Positions 24,499 to 31,878 of a DNA stretch of 32,000 bases are shown piece after piece. Source of the stretch: Candidatus Electronema aureum (lineage in GTDB: Bacteria; Desulfobacterota; Desulfobulbia; Desulfobulbales; Desulfobulbaceae); the NCBI GenBank assembly GCA_004284765.1, contig NQJD01000008.1, forward strand, positions 64,490 through 96,489, written 5' to 3'. Made by a program: the position numbers and the translations under genes. The notes under the pieces are model-generated. The model had not been told where the DNA came from and made no database searches. It was given only the letters and a program-made list of their open reading frames with translations. Positions within the stretch are counted from its first letter, which is position 1. Every line of letters starts with the position of its first letter.

Positions 24499-25758
24499 AT
24501 GAACAGCAGTCATCATATACCCAAAAAAATCCGCGTAGCTCATCGGATCAAACTCGAGCGCTGCCAATCATGGGAGGAAGGCTTCCATGTTTTTGATGAG
24601 GAATCTGCCTTGGCTGTTGAAATGGCCTTGGCCACAGGTAGGCCCTTGTTGGTGCGTGGCGAGCCGGGCAGTGGCAAAAGCCAGCTGGCCCGCGCTGCGG
24701 CCCAAGAACTGAACCGCCGTTTCATCAGCGAGGTAATCACCTCTACCACTGAAGGCCAAAACCTGCTCTGGCACTACGATCCGGTGGCCCGCTTTCATGA
24801 GGCACAGATGTTGGCAGCAGAAGCAGCAGCCACGGCTCTTCGGCAGGAGAATTGGGAAGAGGATAACCAGGCTGATTCTGAAGAGATACCATCTGTTCCG
24901 CCGCAGCCAGAGGCTTTGAGTCGGAAAAAATCTATCCGCTATAAAAAGAAAAAAATCCTTCCGCAAAAACGGCAGCATCTGTTTCAAGCAATCAGTGCTG
25001 GTGCAGGCCGAGGCTTTTTGCCGGATCGAGGTAGTGCAGACCTGCATCCGGGCAACAGCATAAGTCCCGGCCCTTTCTGGTGGGCGATTGACTGCGTTTC
25101 CGCTCGGCAGCAGATCGGGCGATGCCGTTGGCCCTTGTATCAGCCGGGCTTTGATCTTGGCTTTTCGCTCGAAGAAGCGGCAGCGCAAGCTCAACGGGGC
25201 TTTGTTTTTCTGATCGACGAGATCGACAAGGCTGATTCTTCTCTCCCTAATGCTCTGCTGGAAGTGTTGGGCAACGGTGGCTTCCACGTGCCGTTGCTCA
25301 ATCAGACGGTGCGAGTGCCGCCCGGCTTTGCTTCACCGTTGGTGATTATCACCACGAACGAAGAGCGCGAGCTACCGCCCGCCTTTGTCCGCCGCTGTTT
25401 GGTGCTGCATCTCCGCTTTGATGATGAACATTATTTACGTACGTGGTGGAATCGGCAAGTAACGCAGCGGGCCGATCAGTTTCATCCTGACCGGGCCTTA
25501 GTCAAGTGGTTAGCCGAGCGCGGCGAACTGCATTTTGAACACGTTTTTTCCGTCAGAGTCCGAGAAAAAGCAGCCGAGCTGCTGGTGCGTGATCGGCGTG
25601 AGGCGCAACAGGCTGGGTTGATCAAACCGGGCCAAGCGGAATATTTAGATTTGCTTCGGGCGTTGCGGAATATGGCGGCGGCGAGCAGCGAGCAGCAACA
25701 GCTCGCCTTGCTGGAGCAAATCAGTCCCTACGTTTTCATCAAAGAAGCGCAGGAATGA
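24499..25758 (+). CDS. MoxR/AAA_5-type AAA+ ATPase with a long insertion between Walker A and Walker B
   Basis: Walker A is LLVRGEPGSGKSQLA (aa ~51-64). Walker B is VFLIDEIDKAD (aa ~236-246). Then IITTNEERELPPAFVRRC. The stop overlaps the next start (ATGA at 25755-25758). Confidence 0.85.
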   Translation: MNSSHHIPKKIRVAHRIKLERCQSWEEGFHVFDEESALAVEMALATGRPLLVRGEPGSGKSQLARAAAQELNRRFISEVITSTTEGQNLLWHYDPVARFHEAQMLAAEAAATALRQENWEEDNQADSEEIPSVPPQPEALSRKKSIRYKKKKILPQKRQHLFQAISAGAGRGFLPDRGSADLHPGNSISPGPFWWAIDCVSARQQIGRCRWPLYQPGFDLGFSLEEAAAQAQRGFVFLIDEIDKADSSLPNALLEVLGNGGFHVPLLNQTVRVPPGFASPLVIITTNEERELPPAFVRRCLVLHLRFDDEHYLRTWWNRQVTQRADQFHPDRALVKWLAERGELHFEHVFSVRVREKAAELLVRDRREAQQAGLIKPGQAEYLDLLRALRNMAAASSEQQQLALLEQISPYVFIKEAQE

Positions 25759-27767
25759 GCAGACCGCAGACCGTTAGCCGAGCTGATCTGCTTCGTCTGC
25801 TTGCTGCACAGCCGGACGTATCGCTACCCGCAGCCGCTCGACTGGCTGGGTATCAGCCAGCAAGAGAGCCGTCGGGTACGTTGCAAGCGCAAGAAAAAAC
25901 AGCAGACCAAGAAGCAAGCTACGAAACCGAACCTGCGGCAAGAAAGGAACTTTTTCCTGCTGAACACTTCTGGCATTTACAGAGACGCGAGCAGCTTCAG
26001 TCTGCGCAGAACCGTAGAAAAGGCAGTGAATTGCCTGCCAACCTGCGCCAGTTTCGTCCTTTGAGGGCAAAGGAATTGCAGTGTTCTGCTTCATCAACAA
26101 ACCACCCTACCCTGCTGCCCCTGCCCGTTCGCAAAAAAACAACTGTATCTGAGTTAGTTACTGCTGCTGCGCAATTTCGGCCTTTACCACGCAATTTCGA
26201 GAATACGCCTATCCAGCCTGTGCAAAAATCTGCTGCCGCTTTTGCGCTGGATATGCTGCGAGCCGGTCAGAATTCCGTTTGGTTAGAACAATTTTTGCTC
26301 CGCCTTGTCCGCACTTGGTTTGATCGTCGGAAAGATGCTACGTTGCTCGCTTACATTAAGCACGTGCTGGAGTTTCTGCCAGAAACAGTCTATCGGCAGC
26401 ATGATATTGCCAGCTTGCTTTACGGTATCGCTCACCGAGATATGCTGCGGCAGGGCGCAGTCATTCCGCCGCAATTTCGGCCTGAAGCAGTGTTGCAGAT
26501 CGCGCAAGAACCGCTGCCGTCTTTGCCTTGGCTGCTGATTCAAGAAGGCGAAGAGATTTTTCTTATCAACAGCCCGGAAACAGGCATTTGTCTGCTGAAA
26601 GGCAGCCGCATAGCCGCGTTAGAATTAAGTGCGGACATTCTCCTGCTGCATCGTGACGGACAGACAGAAACTGTGCCGGTGCAAACGTGGCAAGCTCTCT
26701 GCGCTTTGAATGATGCAGAAAACTTTTACCTTCAGACCTTGACCGAAAAGCTGCACATTCACACTTGCGCCCGACCGACGTGGGCAACGATGATCGGGAG
26801 AAATAGCCGCGAACTCTTTGCCGAAATTCTCTGGTTGGGCCGCAGCTATCGTCTGTACTGGCAGACACCGAGTGCCGATGCTGACGACATCGGGCAGTGG
26901 AAAAACTGCCACGGCCCGGTCGATACCGACCGCTTTGGCCTTGCCGCCTATATTGGCTTTTACGGCAAAGTGATGCAGCGGTTCCGCTGGTTAGAGCCAA
27001 GCCGCTTTCTCATGGGTTCACCAGAAGATGAGCCAGAGCGGGAGGCTTGGGGGAAGGAGACGCTGCACGAGGTGCGATTGAGTAAGGGCTTCTGGTTCGC
27101 TGACACCGTTGTCACCCAAGAGCTGTGGCAATTCGTGATGCGTAGCGATAATCCGGCGAAATTTCAAGGTCACGAGCTACCGGTTGAGAATGTAAGCTGG
27201 TTGGAGGTGCAGCATTTTCTTCAGCGGCTTAATGCGATGGTGCCGGGCCTCAACGCCCGTCTGCCCACCGAAGCAGAATGGGAGTATGCCTGTCGGACAG
27301 GTACAACCACGCCCTTTTCTTTTGGCAGTCAAATCACGCCAGAGCAGGTCAATTATCACGGCGCATTTCCTTATTGTTCCGGACAGAAGGGGATAAATCG
27401 CAGGCAGACAGTGCCGGTGAAAAGTCTGCCTGCCAATGCTTGGGGCTTGTATGAAATGCACGGCAATCTCTGGGAATGGTGCCAAGATTGGTGGTTAGAC
27501 GATTTAGGCCATGATGCAGCTCTTCATCCGCAAGGGCCGGAGAGCGGTGAATTCCGTGTAGCGCGTGGTGGCTCGTGGTTTCTTGGTGGCAAGGGTGTGC
27601 GCTCCGCTGTGCGTGGTCGCTTTGCACCCAATTTCCGCAATGACCGCATCGGGTTTCGCATCGCCCGTGATCACGAAACCACAATGGAAAGCAAAGTCGC
27701 GCCGCCTGCGGAAGAGATACCTGCGCCAGAGGTTTCCTTTCTGCGCCGTATTTTTGGCAAAAACTAA
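25755..27767 (+). CDS. Two-part protein: unrecognised ~430-aa N-terminal region plus a C-terminal FGE-sulfatase (SUMF1/DUF323, C-type-lectin-fold) domain
   Basis: The C-terminal domain contains FRWLEPSRFLMGSPEDE...HEVRLSKGFWFADTVVTQELW...PVENVSWLEVQHFLQRLN...RLPTEAEWEYACRTGTTTPF...WGLYEMHGNLWEWCQDW...RGGSW...IGFRIARD. Confidence 0.85.
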   Translation: MSRPQTVSRADLLRLLAAQPDVSLPAAARLAGYQPAREPSGTLQAQEKTADQEASYETEPAARKELFPAEHFWHLQRREQLQSAQNRRKGSELPANLRQFRPLRAKELQCSASSTNHPTLLPLPVRKKTTVSELVTAAAQFRPLPRNFENTPIQPVQKSAAAFALDMLRAGQNSVWLEQFLLRLVRTWFDRRKDATLLAYIKHVLEFLPETVYRQHDIASLLYGIAHRDMLRQGAVIPPQFRPEAVLQIAQEPLPSLPWLLIQEGEEIFLINSPETGICLLKGSRIAALELSADILLLHRDGQTETVPVQTWQALCALNDAENFYLQTLTEKLHIHTCARPTWATMIGRNSRELFAEILWLGRSYRLYWQTPSADADDIGQWKNCHGPVDTDRFGLAAYIGFYGKVMQRFRWLEPSRFLMGSPEDEPEREAWGKETLHEVRLSKGFWFADTVVTQELWQFVMRSDNPAKFQGHELPVENVSWLEVQHFLQRLNAMVPGLNARLPTEAEWEYACRTGTTTPFSFGSQITPEQVNYHGAFPYCSGQKGINRRQTVPVKSLPANAWGLYEMHGNLWEWCQDWWLDDLGHDAALHPQGPESGEFRVARGGSWFLGGKGVRSAVRGRFAPNFRNDRIGFRIARDHETTMESKVAPPAEEIPAPEVSFLRRIFGKN

Positions 27768-27769
27768 CC

Positions 27770-28537
27770 ATGCCCCGTCCTTCTCTTTCCCCCGTCCATT
27801 TCCCTTCGCCTTGGGCCTCCAGCTGGGGCGAGGATGCCTGCGGTCTCTGGCTGACGTTCAGTCTGAACGGCATTCGCCAGCTTTTCCGCTGGATCAGGCC
27901 GGGCAGCTTTCTGATAGGCGCACCGGAGGAAGAGACGGAAGGATATTTCCTGCCAAGTAAAGAACCCCAGCATGAGGTGCGACTACCGCAGGGCTTTTGG
28001 TTAGCCGAAACCGTTGTCACGCAAGAACTCTGGCAGATGGTGATGAAAAGCAATCCCAGCGGCTTTAGCGGGCCGCAGCATCCGGTTGAGCGCGTGAGTT
28101 GGCTTGATGCGCAGCACTTTCTCCAGCGGTTGAACGCCCTGATTTTAGGACTAACCGCCCGTTTGCCTACCGAAGCAGAATGGGAATATGCCTGCCGAGC
28201 CGGTACGACAACGCCTTTCTCGTTTGGCGAAGAAATCACGCCAGAGCAGGTTAATTACAATCCTAATGATGAAGAGGGAAAGAAGCTCTACCGTAGGCAA
28301 ACCGTGCCGGTGAAAAGTCTGCCAGCCAACGCTTGGGGACTTTACGAGATGCACGGCAATGTCTGGGAATGGTGCCAAGATGCTTGGCAAGATACGTTAG
28401 AGCAGGAGCGCGGCGATCTGCGTGTTGTACGCGGTGGCTCTTGGGTCTGCGGGGCCGGATATGTTCGCTCTGCTTGCCGCGACCGATATTATGATGATTA
28501 TACCAACGGCAGCATCGGTTTCCGACTGGCGATATGA
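27770..28537 (+). CDS. Stand-alone FGE-sulfatase (SUMF1/DUF323) domain protein; tandem paralog of the preceding C-terminal domain
   Basis: It has the same motif series (FRWIRPGSFLIGAPEE, HEVRLPQGFWLAETVVTQELW, RLPTEAEWEYACRAGTTTPF, WGLYEMHGNVWEWCQDAW, RGGSW...IGFRLA). The ATG lies 2 nt after the upstream stop and has no SD. Confidence 0.85.
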   Translation: MPRPSLSPVHFPSPWASSWGEDACGLWLTFSLNGIRQLFRWIRPGSFLIGAPEEETEGYFLPSKEPQHEVRLPQGFWLAETVVTQELWQMVMKSNPSGFSGPQHPVERVSWLDAQHFLQRLNALILGLTARLPTEAEWEYACRAGTTTPFSFGEEITPEQVNYNPNDEEGKKLYRRQTVPVKSLPANAWGLYEMHGNVWEWCQDAWQDTLEQERGDLRVVRGGSWVCGAGYVRSACRDRYYDDYTNGSIGFRLAI

Positions 28538-28593
28538 GGTTTCCTGCGCAGTGAGCTGAGTCGTGCCACGAAAGTGTCTTCATTTTCCAATTT

Positions 28594-28609
28594 TGTAAGC
28601 AACGCGACA
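28594..28609 (+). promoter_or_regulatory. NifA-type upstream activator sequence candidate (TGT-N10-ACA)
   Basis: tgtaagcaacgcgaca lies about 90 bp upstream of the -24 element. The motif is short and could occur by chance. Confidence 0.35.
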
Positions 28610-28687
28610 CGCTCGCCCTTCCCTTCCTGTACCTGTCTTTCCCAGCAACTATCTGGATAATCAAGAGAACCATTCTGAGTTCCCTTT

Positions 28688-28703
28688 TGGCATGGCTGTT
28701 GCA
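28688..28703 (+). promoter_or_regulatory. Sigma54 (-24/-12) promoter
   Basis: TGGCATGGCTGTTGCA matches the consensus TGGCAC-N5-TTGC(A/T) with correct GG/GC spacing. It lies about 40 nt upstream of the ATG at 28742. Confidence 0.6.
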
Positions 28704-28741
28704 ATGAAATAGGTGTTACCACCTATTTGCAAGGAGCAGCC

Positions 28742-30103
28742 ATGACTAAGCCACATCCTAACTACATCTCCACAACCAACGCCTGCAAACTGTGCCGACC
28801 GCTCGGCGCATGTCTGGCTTTCAAGGGCATTGAGGGCGCGGTGCCGTATCTGCACGGCTCGCAGGGCTGCGCCACCTACATGCGCCGCTATATCATCAGC
28901 CATTACAACGAGCCGATAGATATTGCCTCGTCCTCGCTATCTGAGAAGAACGCGGTCTATGGCGGCGGCCCGAATCTCAAGCTGGGCCTGACCAACGTGG
29001 CGCAGAAGTATCGCCCTGCCCTGATTGGCATTGCCACCACCTGCCTGACCGAGACTATCGGTGATGACGTAGCCCGCTATCTCTTAGAATACGCCAAGGA
29101 CACCGCAGGCTCGGAAGGCTTGCCGGAGTTCGTCCATGTGGCCACGCCGAGCTATGCCGGAACGCACATGGAAGGCTTTCACGGCGCAGTGCAGGCAGTA
29201 ATTGCGCAGCGGGCCAAGGGCGGACCGCGCACCGAGACCGTCAACCTGCTGCCCGGCTTTGTCTCCTCGGCAGATTGCCGCCTGCTCAAGGAGATCATGG
29301 CCGACTTCGGCCTGAACTGCACCATGCTGCCGGACTTGGCCGAGACCATGGACGGCCCGGCCCTGCTGGAGTACGAGAAGATTCAGTCTGGCGGCACGCC
29401 CTTGGCCGCGATCACCGCGATGGGCCGCAGCCAAGCCACCATCGAGTTTGGCCGTACCCTGAGCGACAGCCTCAGCGGCGGCCTTGCCTTGCAGAACACG
29501 TTCAAGGTCAGCCAGCACCGCCTTGGCCTGCCCATCGGCATTGAGGAAAGCGACCGCTTCTTTGCCCTGCTCGCCCAGCTGAGCGACCTGCCGATTCCTG
29601 AGAAATACCGCAAGGAGCGCGGCAGGCTGGTGGATGCCTACGTGGACGGTCACAAGTACGTCTTCGGCAAGCGGGCCATCATCTACGGCGAGGAGGACTT
29701 GGTTGTCGGCCTGACCGCGTTCTTAGCCGAGATCGGCATCATGCCGGTGCTCTGCGCGTCAGGCGGCACCTCAGGCAAGCTGGCCGCAGCGATTGCCGAA
29801 GTCACCGGCGACATACTTGCCGAGCAGCCGCAGGTGCATGAGGGCGCGGACTTCTTCGACATCGCCGAAATCGCGGAGAGCCTTGCCCCAGACCTGCTTG
29901 TCGGTCACTCCAAGGGCTATCCGATGGCCCGCAAGCTGAACATTCCGCTCATCCGGGTCGGCTTCCCAATTCATGACCGCGTGGGCGGCCAGCGCATCCT
30001 GCACCTCGGCTACAGCGGGGCGCAGCAGCTCTTCGACACCGTCACCAACGCCCTGATTGCCAAGAAACAAGACGATTCCTCTGTCGGCTACTCATACATG
30101 TGA
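28742..30103 (+). CDS. Nitrogenase component-1-type oxidoreductase, beta-type (NifN/NifK-like)
   Basis: CRPLGACLAFKGIEGAVPYLHGSQGCATYMRRYIISHYNEPIDIASSSLSEKNAVYGG is the NifK/NifN-type N-terminal signature (HGSQGC). AAGGAG lies 6 nt before the ATG at 28742. It directly precedes nifB. Confidence 0.8.
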   Translation: MTKPHPNYISTTNACKLCRPLGACLAFKGIEGAVPYLHGSQGCATYMRRYIISHYNEPIDIASSSLSEKNAVYGGGPNLKLGLTNVAQKYRPALIGIATTCLTETIGDDVARYLLEYAKDTAGSEGLPEFVHVATPSYAGTHMEGFHGAVQAVIAQRAKGGPRTETVNLLPGFVSSADCRLLKEIMADFGLNCTMLPDLAETMDGPALLEYEKIQSGGTPLAAITAMGRSQATIEFGRTLSDSLSGGLALQNTFKVSQHRLGLPIGIEESDRFFALLAQLSDLPIPEKYRKERGRLVDAYVDGHKYVFGKRAIIYGEEDLVVGLTAFLAEIGIMPVLCASGGTSGKLAAAIAEVTGDILAEQPQVHEGADFFDIAEIAESLAPDLLVGHSKGYPMARKLNIPLIRVGFPIHDRVGGQRILHLGYSGAQQLFDTVTNALIAKKQDDSSVGYSYM

Positions 30104-30117
30104 AGGAGCACGAGATC

Positions 30118-31392
30118 ATGAACCCTATTGACTACAATCGCCACCCCTGTTTCAATGCCAAAGTGAAAGGGCAGTACGGCAGAGTGCATCTGCCCGTGGC
30201 ACCCAAGTGCAATATCCAATGCAACTACTGCAACCGCAAGTACGACTGCGTCAATGAATCGCGCCCCGGCGTGACCAGCACAGTGCTCACGCCCGATCAA
30301 GCCTTGTACTATATGGGCAAGGTGCTGGAGAAGGAGCCGCGCATCTCGGTGGCGGGCATTGCCGGGCCGGGCGACCCCTTCGCCAACGCCGAGGCCACTC
30401 TGGAGACCATGCGCTTGATCCGCAGAACCTACCCAGAGACCATCCTCTGCCTCGCCTCCAACGGCCTGAATCTAGCCCCGCATGTGGAGGAGCTAGCGGA
30501 AATCGGCGTGTCGCACGTGACGGTGACAGTCAACGGCGTTGATCCGGCAGTCACCGAGAAAATTTACTCCTGGGTGCGGGACGGCAAGGTGATCTACCGG
30601 GGCAGGCAGGGCGCAGAGCTGCTCTTGGCCCGGCAGCTGGCGGCCATCGAGAAGCTGAAGCAGCACGGCATCACGGTGAAGATCAACACCATCCTCATTC
30701 CCGGCATCAACGAGCACCACATTCTTGATGTGGCCAAGACCATGAAGGAGCTGGGCGCGGACCTGCTCAACTGCATGGCCATGTTCCCCAATGCCGACAC
30801 GGTCTTTGAGGACATCCCGGAGCCGTCCAAAGAGGCAATGAACGCAGCCCGCAACGCGGCGGAGCAGTTCCTGCCGCAGATGCGCCACTGCACCCGCTGC
30901 CGTGCTGACGCGGTCGGCCTGCTGGAGGAAGACCGCACCGACGAGATGCGCGGCTGCCTCAGCGCCTGCGCCAAGCTGCCCAAACCTGCTGAGGCGGTGC
31001 GGCCTTACGTGGCTGTGGCGACGCTGGAAGGGGTTTTGGTCAATCAGCACCTTGGCGAGGCGGTGAAGCTGCAAATTTGGGGCCAGGACGGGCAGGGCGG
31101 CTACAAGCTGATTGAGGAGCGGCAGGCACCGCCTGCTGGCGGCGGCACGCAGCGCTGGTTCAACCTCAGCCGCATCCTTGGCGACTGCCAGGCCATTCTG
31201 ATCAGCGACTTAGGCGACGGCCCGAAGGAATTCCTCAGCCAGCGCGGCATCAAGCCGGTGGTGATGGCGGGCTTCATTGAGAAGGGACTGGAGGCGGTGT
31301 ACACCGGAAAAGGCTTTGCCCTGCTGCAAAGCCGGATGCGGAAATGCTCGTCGAAAGGAGCCTGCGTGGGCGCAGGGATGGGCTGCGGCTGA
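30118..31392 (+). CDS. nifB: Nitrogenase cofactor biosynthesis radical SAM protein NifB, with a C-terminal NifX-like domain
   Basis: HPCFNAKVKGQYGRVHLPVAPKCNIQCNYCNRKYDCVNESRPGVTS is the NifB signature. The C-terminus has VAVATLEGVLVNQHLGEA. The start is set at the ATG at 30118, 9 nt after GAAGGAG; the GTG at 30100 is an alternative. Confidence 0.92.
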   Translation: MNPIDYNRHPCFNAKVKGQYGRVHLPVAPKCNIQCNYCNRKYDCVNESRPGVTSTVLTPDQALYYMGKVLEKEPRISVAGIAGPGDPFANAEATLETMRLIRRTYPETILCLASNGLNLAPHVEELAEIGVSHVTVTVNGVDPAVTEKIYSWVRDGKVIYRGRQGAELLLARQLAAIEKLKQHGITVKINTILIPGINEHHILDVAKTMKELGADLLNCMAMFPNADTVFEDIPEPSKEAMNAARNAAEQFLPQMRHCTRCRADAVGLLEEDRTDEMRGCLSACAKLPKPAEAVRPYVAVATLEGVLVNQHLGEAVKLQIWGQDGQGGYKLIEERQAPPAGGGTQRWFNLSRILGDCQAILISDLGDGPKEFLSQRGIKPVVMAGFIEKGLEAVYTGKGFALLQSRMRKCSSKGACVGAGMGCG

Positions 31393-31415
31393 GAAACATC
31401 ATCGGGGTGTGGTGT

Positions 31416-31439
31416 AGGGGCACGACATGTCGTGCCCCT
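31416..31439 (+). terminator. GC-rich hairpin after nifB (possible terminator, no clean T-run)
   Basis: The palindrome aggggcacgacatgtcgtgcccct is followed by tgtagcttattcgttg. A second 8-bp hairpin lies at 31455-31477. Confidence 0.4.
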
Positions 31440-31695
31440 TGTAGCTTATTCGTTGTGATGGTTAGAGCTACCATCACAGGAGCCGGGGAGAGCTTGGCGT
31501 GCCCCTTAAGGTTTCATGAACGGCAGCCAAGGAGAAAACCCTGCATGCGCAAGGCAAGCAGGCGCGATTGGCGGATTGATTTTCTCTTCAAAGGTGCTGT
31601 CATGTTCTATAGTGTTTAAGTTTTAAATCAGTTGTGTTATAATTTACAACCTGAGAGGTTATTTTTTTATTTAACTAATTAACGTGTTACGTGAA

Positions 31696-31878
31696 ATGGC
31701 TAAAGCATACAGCAACGACTTGAGAGAAAGGGTGATCAAGAGTTATGAATCAGGGATATCCAAAGGAGAAATTCTTAATATTTTTATTATAAGTTTGGAC
31801 ACCCTGAACAGATGGATAAGAAAATACAACGAGACAGGAAGTGTTGAGCCTTATAAAAGGACAAAAAATATCGGGTAA
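31696..31878 (+). pseudogene. IS630/Tc1-family transposase N-terminal HTH fragment
   Basis: MAKAYSNDLRERVIKSYESGISKGEILNIFIISLDTLNRWIRKYNETGSVEPYKR matches the IS630 OrfA-type HTH. The ORF stops after 60 codons. No DDE region appears in any frame up to the window end. The context is AT-rich. Confidence 0.5.

Noticed and set aside
24568-25287. 239-aa - strand ORF
   Set aside because: It is antisense to the AAA+ ATPase gene and shows no motifs.
27349-28239. 296-aa - strand ORF spanning the junction of the two FGE genes
   Set aside because: It is antisense to two genes with strong family motifs and is Arg/Ser/Cys-rich with low complexity.
29084-31074. - strand ORFs of 189 aa (29084-29653) and 193 aa (30493-31074)
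   Set aside because: They are antisense to the NifN/K-like gene and to nifB. They are shadow ORFs.
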